Assembly (NCBI GenBank): GCA_973895155.1
Contig: OZ316895.1
Location: 2,033,659-2,097,658, forward strand
Reading direction: 5' to 3'
Length of the DNA: 64,000 nt
Source of the DNA: Marsupella aquatica
Lineage: Eukaryota > Plantae > Marchantiophyta
Shown here piece by piece: positions 1 to 12,600 of this stretch; the first letter of the stretch is position 1, and each line of letters opens with the position of its first letter. A program made the translations under genes and the position numbers. Under the pieces are notes generated by a model. That model was given only the letters and a program-made list of their open reading frames with translations, was not told where the DNA came from and ran no database searches.

Positions 1-569
1 GCTTTTCTTTCACTCAAAAAGCCTCTTCAAATTTGAATGACGACCATTTAAAAAAAGGTGCAACCCTATTATAGTTTTTAATAAAACATAGAGATAAGGG
101 AGGAGGTAACAAGAAATTGTCCTGGAGGAAAAAAAGGGGGGAGGGCCAGAGAAAGGAAAAAAATAACAAAACTTGAGGAAGAGGAGAATGAAAAAGGTAG
201 GGAAAATAGAGAATTCCAAGTGAGATAATTTTGCATTTTCCTGCCCCCCCCCCCCCCCATTTAAAAACAATAAGCGTGTATATATTTTTGTATATAAAAT
301 ATTAATAATTTTAATAAAAAATGCATTGTGTTTTTGGGTGATCATACTACAACTCCGTGATGTAATGACTACTGTCACCCATCTTGCATCCCCATGTTTT
401 CACCTTCATCCTCCTCAATAGTAACATGTTCACAAGAATGACCAAATGACAACATTTTTGCAACAATGACAAACATCAAGAAACAACTTACTACAGTTTT
501 TATGCTAGTATATCTTTTTTGTGGCGCATCGGGAATGAGTTTTCTTGCATTTTATTGTTTCCTGAACAA

Positions 570-1285
570 CTTTGCCTCACCTCAATATCTTTTCTTTACC
601 TCAACATCTCTTCTTTACCTCAACATTTTATGTGCAGTGCATGGACATTTTTTGGGTTCTTTACCTCATCATGACATCTTTCCATCACCGTCAACATATT
701 TTCTCTTATCAACATGTTTTCCTCATCTTTACATCTTTTTATCACCTTGCCATCTTTTCTCTCCTCAACATAGTTTTTTCACTTTGACTTCTTTTCCTCA
801 CCTTGACATCTTTTTCTCTCATCGACAACTTTTTTCACACCAACATCTTTTCTTCGCCTTGAAATCTTTTTCTCTCATCAACAACTTTTTCACACCAACA
901 TTTTATTTCACCTCGACATCTTTTTATCTCATTGACAATTTTTTTCACCTGAACATCTTTTGTACATGCAACACATAGGCACTGGGCCTTGGAGGGTTAA
1001 CTAAGTGTATATTTTGGGGTACCACGTGCAATCCTATCCTAATCTAAATAGACCTATTTTATAAAAAAAATATTCCAAGAATATTCTTTATTTTCAATAT
1101 TAATAATCTATTTTACTTTATAAAGGGTATATATTAAAGAATATTCTATAAACATGAGTTTATAATACCTTCTTTTGCTTCCTACGCTTTTAAAAACTTT
1201 AGTTAAAATCTGCCAAAAATACCTATTTTGGATCGCACGTGGTTCCTAAGATTTTTGATAGTCAACCCCCCGAGCACTGGGCTAG
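570..1285 (+). mobile_element. Putative Helitron-like 3' terminal region: CCTCAACATCTT-type subterminal repeats ending in TGCAACACATAGGCACTGGG-CTAG|T, interrupted by a MITE
   Basis: Removing 988-1274 plus one TSD copy restores 'tgcaacacataggcactgggctagt'. This matches the terminus at 47177 on the minus strand (tgtgcaacgcacggcatggggctagt), which has the hairpin-then-CTAG|T form of plant Helitron 3' ends. Confidence 0.55.
988..1274. mobile_element. 287-bp non-autonomous TIR element (MITE) with 8-bp TSD
   Basis: TIR cttggagggttaacta vs reverse complement of right end ctcggggggttgacta. Inverted subterminal ccacgtgcratcc. Exact TSD CACTGGGC at 980-987 and 1275-1282. Confidence 0.85.
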
Positions 1286-1367
1286 TGTATGTAATATTAG
1301 CTTTAATTAGCTAAAGTTGTGAGAGGCTATTATGGTCCAAAATGCTCTAGTAACACACATTATTATG

Positions 1368-1996
1368 CCCGGGGTCCTCGCTTCTTTTCTTCCGACCCAT
1401 CATGCGCGAATAAGTATATGGGTTTTTTATTGGGTTTAGTGAAATACTTTTAAATTTTTGTTGAAGAACATTCGCTATTTTAATCCAATTTTGAGAATTA
1501 TAAAAATCATAGGGTTTTTTAAAATCAAATATGAGAATCTTCTTGGAATATTCCATTAAGTTAGGAGTAAAACAATTCCTAAAAAAAATTATTGACTTAA
1601 CTTTTAGGGTGTTTATTCTCCAAAAACTTTGAGCGTGATATGGGACACCCCTTGGATTGAGGCACCTGAGTTATTATGATGAGACAGTGTTACAAATTTT
1701 CTCAGGGGTCTCACTATATGGGGACCTCCCCATCGCCTACGACGTTTTTAGGCCTCGGACCCCCTAAAATGTAAGAAAAAAAATTATTTTTTAACCCCTA
1801 TAAAGTTGGAATATTCTTGGAATATTCTAAAAATTGGATTAAAAAGACCCTAATGTTCTTATAAGTCTCAAAATTGAATTTAAAAGACCCTATTGTTCTT
1901 CTACAAAAATTCTTAAGTCTTCCCTTAGAACCAATAAAATGACCCTATCCTTCGTCGCACGTGATATGCCATTTTTGTGGAAGTGAAACCCCCGAG
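1368..1996. mobile_element. Foldback-type MITE with ~250-bp imperfect inverted arms
   Basis: Left arm cccggggtcctcgctt...ttttattgg...gaagaaca...gaatattcca aligns with the reverse complement of the right arm ctcgggggtttcactt...ttttattgg...gaagaaca...gaatattcca. Same CTCGGGG-type end as 988-1274. No clear TSD. Confidence 0.7.
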
Positions 1997-4246
1997 CAAA
2001 TTTTAGTAAAAGTATAGGAGAAATTACACAACCAGCTCATCCAAATGTGATTATGCCATCATATTCATAATTATGACTAGGAAAGAGTCGTAGAACTCGA
2101 CTACCTTAACACTTAGCTTCGGCGTCGCTGACTCCGACACCGAGCTCCCTTATGATCCAGGCCCGGTAGGCCATCCGGGGAGGACTTAGCATGGAAAACT
2201 TGTGGGCAACGAGACGTGGCACTAGTGAAGGCAAGGAGCCAAGCTGGTGATACACACTAAGGACTTAGGCTAGCTGAGAGCTGGTCAGGTCAAGGGGAAA
2301 AGGGGCCGGGCTCAAGGTCGACCGTCCGAATCCCCGGACGGACTTTGAGTTCTGAGGGCTTGAGTGTGAGCTCCTCTTGGGCCCAAGGCCAATGGAGTTG
2401 ATGCCATGGGCAACGGACGCTTGGGGCGTGAGTTACAGCCTGATCCGGGTTTGGCCGATCGAAGACCCCAAGCGGAGATGAGACTTGAGGGCCTAGGCAT
2501 GAGCACTGGATCGGCCCAATCACAATGGGCTAAGGCACTACGCTTGCGGACGTCTAGCAAGAAAGTTATGGGCGTTGCCAATTGGTGGTGCGCCCAGTAT
2601 GCACGATAGGATCCGGATTTGAGGCCAAAATTTTAGGTACCAAAGTTGGTCCGGGGGTGGCAGGTCTCCAGAAACATATATGAGAGGAATGGTGTCTCCT
2701 TGGGGGCTAAGGGCAAGCCAAAGTCGTGAGCCGCGATGGTCACGACACTAAAGAAAAGCGCCAAACAAAAATGACAATATCTTTTTCCGTTGGAGGACTT
2801 CATGGGTGCGTTGGAAAGCTCTCAAGGAGGGCTACGTCCTCTTGAGCTCAACTGGGTCTGGGGGCACCATGGGTTCTTGAGGTTTGCGGGTGTTAGCTCG
2901 CCCGCTTGCCAAATCCTGACAAACAGTAGCCAAGTCACGTTCAGTCTCCCAAGGGAGCTGCCTTGCGTTGGGGAGGCAAGGCCAAGTAGGCGTGGAGGTT
3001 GAGTTCCAAAGGTGCTTGGCCCTAGACCATCACTGGGGCAAACCGGGAGTTGGTTGCTAGAGCCGGGGCCATTATGGTCCCGACGTGTTAAGACAAGCCA
3101 AGGACAAGCTACGCTATTTGGGCCATGAGCATGTCTTGGGATCAGGGTAGTCAGTTGGTAATTGATAGGTATGAGGGGGAACCCGGGCTGCGCCCAAGGA
3201 AGGAGCTGTTCTGGACAAACAGTGGGTGTGGGTTCTGGTTCCGGCTTATGGCATCGGGAGGACCTATCGCTGACCTATTTACCAATGTCTGTTGAGCTTG
3301 AGTTAGGATGCTAGACTTGGGAGTTCTAGATCCTGAAGGGTTACTTATCGAGGTGCTTGGTTGTTTGTGCAAACTGGGAGGACCGGTGAGTAGCGGTCGG
3401 GTTGGAGAGCAAGTGTGGCTTCGTATGGGAGGGGCCGTTGGTAGTGCAAGTTGCACTAGGTTGCTTGCTCGAGGTATTTCGTGGAGGCATTCGGGCACCA
3501 GGGGCACTTAGGCATGGGTGCCGGGATTGGTGAGGGCACTGGGTGGCAAGGTCCACCACTGAAAGTGAGCGCTTTTAGCTTGAGTTTTGAGAGGCTAATA
3601 TGGTCCATAATGCTCTGCTAGCAAACATTGAAACACTTAAGGTCTATGAGATATTTTAACTAATTTTAGAACATTAATAAACACAAGGCACAATTGTTTT
3701 TACGTTAGTTGATTTGGGCATTGGATTGCACTATATTCGACCACTAAAGTGCCATGGGCACTCAATTTGAGTTGAAAAGACATTCAACTTTCTCAAGATC
3801 AATGAATTGAGAAGTCTACTTTAATTCTCCTTGCTTTTCTCAACCTCATTCTCAACAACAAACCCTAAGCTTTCTAGTAGCTGAATTCTGTCTGTAGAAG
3901 ATTTGTCGCCCTATTTGTTAATGTAATTTCAAATAATTAAAAATTCTGCACATTTCACTAAAGTATGACTTTGGCAAGTTTTGAATTAGAGGTTAATAGC
4001 CTCATGACCTTGAGGCAACTATTTACCAAATAGAGAAGTATGATTCGGAAGGGAAGTTGTTAGTCATGTTGTGTTGGATAAGTATGATAGATTCTACAAT
4101 TTGCACTGTTAGATTAGATTAATATTCTCACGGAGTCATTGTGGACCCATTCAGCAATGGCCTGAGTTTAGGTTTTAGGGTTTAGGTTCAACTGCCACAC
4201 GAATACTATGTTTTGCAGGCCAAAGTTGAAGATATGGTGAATACAA

Positions 4247-4542
4247 TGTTAGGAATTGACTCCAATTCCCGACATAGTTAGCTTGGTCTTACTAGGATTA
4301 GTTAACCCTAGATTACATTTGGATAAGGTCCGCTTAGTTTAGGCCCACTCATCTTGGCCCCCTTGGGGGGTATAGGCTGGAGGGAGAGCACTCTCTCCCT
4401 CATTCTTCACATGTACTCTCATTTGCTATGGAGCCTTCAGGAGTTTCTCCACTCGGGGTGTCTTGTCGGTGTAGCGTCTGATTGAGTGAGTCTCTCTCAT
4501 GTTTCCGCATTGCTGTCTAGTCCGAAGCTGACGGTTCTTACA
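4247..4542 (+). repeat. 5' LTR of copia element (296 bp)
   Basis: tgttaggaattgactcc...ggttcttaca; direct repeat of 10312-10599. Confidence 0.97.
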
Positions 4543-4544
4543 AG

Positions 4545-4557
4545 TGGTATCAGAGCC
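4545..4557 (+). promoter_or_regulatory. Primer binding site, tRNA-iMet
   Basis: TGGTATCAGAGCC, 2 nt after the 5' LTR. Confidence 0.95.
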
Positions 4558-6239
4558 TCGTGTTTGTGGTTCGGTGGCCTGGGCAGTGGTGAGAGCGTTC
4601 GTTGTGTTGGATTGTGGTGGAAGATTGAATCGTCGTCAACGGTTGCATGATCATTTCACTGGTCGTTTCGCGTTGAAGGTTTTGTGCTTGAATACGGTGA
4701 CGGTTTCCCGATTGAAACTTCAGCTTGGAGTGTCGGATGTGTCTCTGTTCTTTGAAGTACTGTGAAGAGGACAGTCTAGCGATCTCTTATGCGCGTCGGC
4801 GGGCACTACGTTTTGGTGAAGGTGTCACTGCTTTTCATCATTGGTGTCCCGAGTAATCTTGTAGATTGAGGTTGCTGTTTAGAGCTTGATGCTCTAGGTC
4901 ATGGCTTGTATATGTTTCGACTTAATCTTGTGTGGGGCCGAAAAGTCTTGTTTTCTTTGTAAAAAGGTCGTGCATTGAGGGACCGGTGTTGCAATTTTAT
5001 TTTATTTTCGTATATTTTTGTTTGTGCCGCATCGCAACACAATACGGCGGTGCGGATGGGTTTCTTTGCGTATGTGCGGAGAGAGGGGCGAAATGGAGAT
5101 TTTATTGCCCGGGCACGTTGCCCTATGCGCGCGAGTGAACCAGGAGGGCTCGGAATACAAAGGACTGAAGGAGGAGCGGAGGAGAAAGTCGAGCCCCTGG
5201 CCCGAGGCCCTATGAGGTACTAGAGCAGGGCCTTATGTCTGTGCAGGTACAGTCGTACCTGTAAGTACAGTTTTAAAGTGAGGGGAGGGGGAGTTCAAAG
5301 CTCCCTTCTCTTGGGAGCTTTAAGGGGGCCATTGCCCTATGCAGAACCAATAGGAGGGGAAAGTGGAAGCGAGCATACTCCTTTCCTTAGGGAGCACTTA
5401 TTAACATGGGCACGAGGCCCTATGCTTGTACTTTAAGTGAGGAGGGGGAGCATACGAGGCTCCTTTCAATTTGGAGCCTTTAATTAAGGCTTGCGTCAGG
5501 TGGGTGGCCAAGGACACAAAAGGTACTACTATACCTACACAGTACAGATTTGGGAGGGGGTACGAGGGGGTATTATATATCCCTGTACTCTGCCAGGTAC
5601 AGTGTGAACAAGGAGATGGGCCGGCATGCGACCCTATGTGCGAGAGTATTTTTTTTCAAAGAAATTGAAGGCCGGGAGGACGATTGTAGTCTTTTCGTTC
5701 TTAATTTTTTTGTTAAAGCCAAAGGGTTTTTACTTGTTTTCTTTTCTTTTCCTTCCGTGTTTGGATCTTTTCTTTTCCAATCGGACAGGTGTCGGCTCCA
5801 CGTTCTTTTTGCTGTACATTTCGACTGTACTTTGATTCCCTGGAAAAGATACTTTTCCAGAGAGCTGATTTTTGACTGAAATTTTCAATTTCGGTGGTCG
5901 TCGAGGCAGAATTTTTTCGCGACACTTTGCAAGGGGATACTCAAGGGAGTTGAGCACGGGCTAGTGAAATTGATTTGTGTGTTGCTATTGCGAAATTTTT
6001 TTGGGACCTAAGATACCTGACACGGGTCAAAACAGCCATTTTGACCCCCCTCTGGTCCGGGTTGAATAAGTTTTTGCTGAAGAAGTTTTTTGCCGAATTA
6101 TTTTCAGATCTTGGTAGTGTACCTTGCAGGCTACGCGGCGGTGCATTCCATTTCCACTTTCGCCAACTTTCAATTTTTGGTGAATTTTTGGGTGGAGGTA
6201 TTTCGGTTGTGTATTTCCTGTGTGTTTGTGGCAGCATCA

Positions 6240-9200
6240 ATGACTTCAAGAAAGCTTGCGGCGCCAAAGTTTGAGGTGGAGAAGTTTGACGGGAAGGTTA
6301 GCTTCAGCCTCTGGACTCGGAAGGTGACCAATGTGTTGATCCAGTAGGGTCTTGAGAAGACCCTCACTGGAGTGAAACCCTCGAATCTAACAGATGAGGA
6401 GTGGGAGGACATGTCGGTGCAGGCGTGTAGCACAATTGAGTTGTTCTTGGCAAACAACATTCTCAAGAACGTGTTGGGGATGGATCGGAATGCCAAGAAG
6501 ATCTGGGATATGCTTACTTAGCTATACCAGAGTACTTCGTTGACTACTCGCATTTATCACTTGGAGCGACTGTTCAGGTTGAAGTTGAAGGATGGTGGCA
6601 ACATGCGTGATCACCTCAGTCTCTTCGATGAGATTGTGCACGAGGTGACCACGGCGGGAGACAAGTTGACCGATGAGTATCTTGCGATGCATTTGTTGAT
6701 GTCGCTTCCTCAGACCTATTTGACATTGGTGATGGTCATCACACATGACAAGTCTACGTTGAAGTTGGATGAGGTGAAGGCTACCATTCTTGCAGAATGG
6801 GGCAAGCAACAACTTTTTGGCTGTGATGAGTCTACTGCCTTAGTGGTTAGAGGTAGATCGACGGAGCGTACCACGGATCAGTCTAGATCTAAATCACATA
6901 GTAGATCTAAATCTAAGTCCCGTAGTAAGAAAGTTCAGTGTTGGCATTGCCATGAGAAGGGCCACACCAAGTGGAATTGTCTTTCTCTATCAAAGCAAAA
7001 GCGTTCTACTTCCAATGGTGCATCCTCATCGTCAGCTGGTATTGTGATTGCTGATAATGAAGATGCTACTGAAGTGCTATGTATTGGTGCTGTGAATTCT
7101 GTGTATGACAATAAATGGATGTTGGATTCGGGTTCTCTTATCACGTGTGTCCAATGCAATCATATTTCTCCACTTACCAACCTTGTACCGGTACGGTGGA
7201 AATCGGAAATGGTGTCCGATGTGCGATTGTTGGCATGGGGACTATCAAATTCCGGATGTTTGATGGTGTTGTGCGAGCATTGACGGGAGTCAGACACATA
7301 CCAGACATCTCTAAGAACTTGATTTCTCTTGGTGCTTTGGAAGCTGGTGGATCTCATTTCACTGCACGTGATGGTGCGCTCTTTGTCGTCAAAGATGATG
7401 TATCTTTGATTAAGGCACTACGGCAGAATAATTTGTACATCTTGGAAGGAGATGTCATTGCTCCTAGAGTGGAGCATGTGGATTCTGTGATGGAACGTTT
7501 GGATGCCACAACAATATCTGCCGCAGAATCATCTTCGGCTGCTTCAATTGAAGCACCCTCAACATCTGGTTGCACACAAGCCATAGATTTGTGGCATGCA
7601 CGGTTGGGGCACTTGAGTGGTAAAGGATTGGCAGCCTTGGCAAACAGAGCTTTGTTGCAAGGCGCTCAATCTGGTAAACTCTCTTTCTATGAAGATTGCA
7701 TCTTCGGCAAGCAGAGGAGAGTGAGTTTCAATTCTAGTTCATACCATTCTCATGAGATTCTAGAGTATGTACATTTGGATGTTTGGGGTCCAGCACCGAA
7801 GCCGTCGTTGGGTGGAGCCAGATATTTTGTGACGTTTGTAGATGATTACTCTCGAATGTGTTGGCTGTATTACATGAAGGAGAAGTCTCAAGTCTTTGAG
7901 ATCTTCAAGGAGTGGAAAGCCATGGTAGAGCTACAAACTGGGAAGGAGTTGAAGTGTGTTCGGTCCGATAACGGTGGTGAGTATAAGTCCAATGAGTTTG
8001 ATCAATTTGGTCAGGACCTTGGCCTCAAGAGTCATTACACTGTACCGGAGACCCCGCAGCAGAATGGAGTTGCAGAACGGTTGAATCGGACATTACTGGA
8101 GAAAGCACGCAGCATGCTATGTAAGTCCAAGTTGCCCAACAACTTTTGGGCTGAAGCTGTCAACCAAGCTGCATACGTCTACAATCTGTCACCGCATAGT
8201 AGTAAGTTGATGCAGACTCCATTTGAGTTGTGGTATAAGAGACCTGCTGATTACTCTAGACTTCGAGTTTTTGGTTATGCTGCCTATGTTCACATTGAGC
8301 AGACACACAGGTCTAAGTTGGATCCCAAGTCTAAGAAATTTATTTTTCTAGGCTTTAGTCCTGGGCAGAAGGGCTATAAATTGTGGGATCCTGTCGATTG
8401 CAAGGCAGTTGTGAGTAGAAATGTTGTTTTTGACGAAGAATGGTTGTCAAGACCCCGGGGTATTCAGGAGGAACAGGTGGAGGAACCCACTACGGTGGAG
8501 CTTGGTGGTGATGAGGAAGCTGCTGGTCCCTCTGGTAGAGGAGAAATTCCTCAACCAAGGCGCTCCACTAGGGCCAATTTTGGCCAACCCCCTGATAGAT
8601 TTGGTTTTGCAGATCCTCGTGTTCATGTTGTTGAACATGACATTGATCCCGGTGTTGTTTTGCTTACTGAAGATGGAGACCCCTCTAGCTATGAAGAAGC
8701 TATGGCCTCTCCAGAGAAGGATAAGTGGTTGGAGGCGATGTTGAAGGAGATGAATTCTTTGAAGAAGAATTCAACTTGGCGCTTAACTGACATGCCTCGC
8801 GGGAAAACATTGGTTCCATGTAGATGGTTGTACAAGAAGAAGTAGGATGGCACTTACAAGGCACGCCTTGTGGCCAAAGGGTACACCCAGAAGGAGGGCT
8901 TGGACTACACGGAGATTTTCTCACCAGTTGTCAAACTCGCTACTATCCGTGTTTTACTTGCGATTGTGGCATTCTATGATCTTGAGTTAGATCAAATGGA
9001 TGTAATTACTGCTTTCTTGCATGGATTGCTTGATGTAGAGATTTATATGACTCAGCCTCTAGGTTTTATTGACGAGAAGACCAGACACTTGGTGTGTAAG
9101 CTCTTGCGCTCGTTATACGGATTGAAGCAGAGTCCCAGACAATGGAATAAGCATTTTGATTCCTTCATGTTATCTCAGGGGTTCACACGAAGTGAACATG

Positions 9201-10279
9201 ATTGTTGTATTTACATGAAGGAGGTGGAGAATTACTCACGTTTTGGTTACATTGTGCTGGCATTGTACGTGGATGACATGCTTATCCTGGTTGAGAATAA
9301 GTCTGATGTTGCCCATCTAAAAGCAATGCTGAGTAAGGAGTTTTCAATGAAGGACTTGGGTCAGGCCAAGAAGATATTAGGGATGGAGATTCATCGTGAC
9401 AGGGAGCAAAGGCAATTATGGTTGTCTTAGAGGCAGTATTTGGAGAAGGTACTTGCCAAGTATGGAATGGAGAATGCAAAACCAGTTGGTACTCCATTGG
9501 CCTCCCACTTTAAACTCTCAAAGGATGATTGCCCTTCTAGTGAGAGTGATAGACTGGCGATGAAACATGTTCCCTATGATAGTGTTGTGGGTAGTTTGAT
9601 GTATGCAATGACATGCACTAGACCTGACATTGCCCACGCTGTTAGCATTTTGAGCAGATTTATGGCAAATCCTGGTAAGCTTCACTGGGAAGCAGTGAAG
9701 TGGGTGTTGCGGTATCTGAAAGGTACCTTAGATTGTGGGATCTTATTTGACGGTAAAGCAGACTCTACATTAGAGTTGGAAGGTTTTGTAGATTCAGATT
9801 ATGCTGGTAACTTGGACAACAGGAAGTCTACTACAGGCTATGTGTTTATGCTGGGTGGAGGTTGTATCAGTTGGAAGTCGGCAACTCAATCTTGTGTTGC
9901 GTTGTCTACTACTGAGGCTGAGTACATGGCTGCATGTGAGGCAACCAAGGAGCTGATCTGGCTAAGGAGATTGGTGAGTGATCTGGGTCTTTCACCTGAA
10001 AGACCGGTGCTGCTGTGCGACAGTCAAAGTGCTTTGCATCTGGCTAAGAACCCTGTGTTCCATGCCAGGACAAAGCACATTGATATTCGTTATCACTTCA
10101 TCCATGAGGTGACTGAGACGAAGCAGATATTTCTGGAGAAGGTGGCTTAAGAGGAGAATGCGGCAGACATGCTCACCAAAGTTTTACCTACCAGTAGCTT
10201 TAGTCATTGTGTGGATATTATTAATGTTAGGGCCAAACAGGAGACTATGTTACTTAGTTGCATATTGTATATCACTTGA
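6240..10279 (+). pseudogene. Copia gag-pol polyprotein pseudogene
   Basis: Gag start MTSRK..VEKFDG..FSLW, zinc knuckle CWHCHEKGHTKWNC, protease WMLDSG, integrase (WHARLGH, VHLDVWGP, SDNGGEY, PQQNGVAER), RT (LYGLKQSPRQW, YVDDML) and RNase H (DSDYAG, STTEAEY, HARTKHID). In-frame stops at 6345, 6519, 8843, 9428 and 10148; frameshift near 7135. Confidence 0.96.
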
Positions 10280-10300
10280 CTCATTGTGTGAACTTGAGTC

Positions 10301-10311
10301 AAGGTGGAGAT
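10301..10311 (+). promoter_or_regulatory. Polypurine tract
   Basis: AAGGTGGAGAT immediately before the 3' LTR. Confidence 0.85.
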
Positions 10312-10599
10312 TGTTAGGAATTGACTCCAGTTCCCGACATAGTTAGCTTGGTCTTACTAGGGTTAGTTAACCCTAGATTACATTTGGATAAGATCCGCTT
10401 AGTTTAGGTCCACTCATCTTGGCCCCCTTGGGGGGTATAGGCTGGAGGGAGAGCCCTCATTCTTCACATGTACTCTCATTTGCTATGGAGCCTTCAAGAG
10501 TTTCTCCACTCGGGGTGTCTTGTTGGTGTGGCGACTGATTGAGTGAGTCTCTCTCATGTTTCCGCATTGCTGTCTAGTCCGGAGCTGACGGTTCTTACA
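10312..10599 (+). repeat. 3' LTR of copia element (288 bp)
   Basis: About 9 substitutions and one 8-bp deletion relative to the 5' LTR (manual count). Confidence 0.97.
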
Positions 10600-12457
10600 T
10601 ACAAGCAGTGTTCAAAATAAGTCCTTTTTGCTACATGCAACCAATTGTAATTCTCAAGGTAAGAGAGTCAGAATTCAATTTGTGGCAAGTCCATTTAGGG
10701 TTTAGGGTTAAATACCAGATCAATGTCGATCAAATGAATTGTATCAGTTTGCTGAGTTCAAGTTCCTACCATAGCTAGCAATTTGCCTTAATTGAAAAAG
10801 TCCAGAAATCTTACTCCAGGTGCCGATTAAGTTTTAACAAGGAAGTTCTCACATTAATTATTAGTCATTGTTTATTCTCTGAAAGAAATACTTTATAAAT
10901 TATCTTTGAATTTAAGTTTTAAAATTAGAATCGTAACTAAAACGGTTACATAGTGATAATTTTACCCGTCTTGCTCTTTGCATTTGTAAGTTTTTACATT
11001 TTCTTTTTATGGCATAGCGTCCCAAAATTTACACCCAAATTGATGCAAACACAAATGAAAATTAAGTGTAAGTTTAATTGATTCACAAAACTAACAAGTC
11101 TTGTTTGTTGCAATTGTTGTTGACGTGACACTCTTCAGTGACAGGAATTTTGCAAGGGACCCCTAGTGGGAGTCTGCAAAAAAAAACTTGCTCTTTGTGT
11201 GACAAATGATATCATAATCCATGTGAATTCCTAATGCAAAACATTCTGTCCCACCCATTCTCCACTTTCCCATCTATTATCAAACCTATATCATGAAATG
11301 TCATCCACCTGTGCAGATTTTGACCATTTTTGCCCAAAACTTTGTCAGCCAAACTTTGTTACCAGTGGATGACACTGTAACAGGTTGGACCTAAGTGACC
11401 TGATGTTAGACTTTAGAAAACTGTATTTTCTTCTTACAAAAACTTTGGTCCTACCCAGAAGGAGGACCATGATGGAAGTTGTGTTTCATGGCACTCAAAA
11501 TAACGCTGCCATGACCATAATGCTCACAGGCTTTTCCAAATACAGTTAACTCTCTCTTAGTGCACATTCTTGGAAAAGGGATCTGGTATGGACTAAACCA
11601 GGTGTTGCATTCCTTGACTTAGCGCACCCCCCTAAGAAGTACAGTTATAGATAAGTGCACTTGTTTTAGATTCCTACGTTAAATTTAGAGCCCCTCGGTT
11701 AGTGAGTAGTCACCCTCTTACTTTATATCCTTGCCCTCATTGTGTGCCAACCTTTCACTGCAGTCTATACTCTCCTAAGAATGGGCATGCATTTACGTAC
11801 TAGTAAATGCAATTTCATGATTTTATGGGCATCTATAAGAACATAGCAACACTTATCTAGGGTAAGCAAGTATAAAGGTGCACTTTACCAAAATGATTTT
11901 AGCCCTGTGTGTGCTTAGAAAAGGTCCCGTGTAAAAAAGAACGGAGGACCTGCAGGGTAAGCGCTTATGGAGTGCGCGCTGACAGAGCCCACTAGCTGTA
12001 GTTATGTGAATCTAAAGCTAGCGGTCTAAAGAGAGCTCAAAGTTGCATTAATTGGTCAGAGACCAAGTTGTTGAAGTCAGATCAAAATTACCCATCAATG
12101 CTCTACACATTGATCGTCTCAATTGTCATTTGAGAACTACTTTTGCTATTAGTATGTTAGGAGAACCAGATTCTGAGAGCCAAAGCTACATGTGGAAGGT
12201 TAAGACGGTCGAGAAACATTGCATTCACAGCGAATTTGTGGAGCAAGTGCGCAGGAAGGTACACTGGTAACAAGGGTTGTGATGGTGGCAGACAGAAGGT
12301 GCCGTTATTGACACCATTTTTCTTCTGACCTCCGGCAGTAGACTCAAATGCTGGTCTTGTATCACTTACATTGGAAAAAAATTTGAAATCTTTGGAATAG
12401 AGCTTTATACTATGGAGTATACTTCTTGTTCATGCTTTATGATCTGAATTATAAATA

Positions 12458-12600
12458 ATAGCCCCATGCCTGGGGTTGCACAAAAGATGTCAAGGTGAAA
12501 AAGGATGTTGAGGTGAGGAAAAAGAAGTGGAGGTGAATAAAGATGTTAAGGCAAGGAAAAGATGTTGAGAAGAGAAAAAGATATTGTTGCAAAAGTGATA
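12458..12600 (-). mobile_element. Degenerate copy of the Helitron-like 3' terminus
   Basis: atagccccatgcctggggttgcacaaaagatgtcaaggtg matches ctagccccatgccgtgcgttgcacaaaagatgttgaagtg at 47177. Confidence 0.55.

Larger units (their letters stand above)
4247..10599 (+). mobile_element. Full-length Ty1/copia LTR retrotransposon (Tnt1-like), coding region disrupted
   Basis: Two TG...CA LTRs, 5-bp TSD TACAA (4242-4246 and 10600-10604), tRNA-iMet PBS, PPT, and domain order gag-PR-IN-RT-RH. Confidence 0.98.

Noticed and set aside
466-978. 170-aa Phe/His-rich ORF (and similar ORFs at 47267-47597)
   Set aside because: Translation of low-complexity subterminal minisatellite.
4165-4190. TTTAGGG-like repeats here and at ~10694
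   Set aside because: Only 2-3 imperfect units; not an interstitial telomere array.
6345-9430. Programmed readthrough of TAG stops in the copia polyprotein
   Set aside because: Multiple stops fall inside conserved domains and there is also a frameshift; mutational decay is the simpler explanation.
11543-11998. Possible TA-flanked CAG...CTG Tc1/pogo-type MITE
   Set aside because: Inverted similarity beyond the terminal 5 nt is too weak to support a call.
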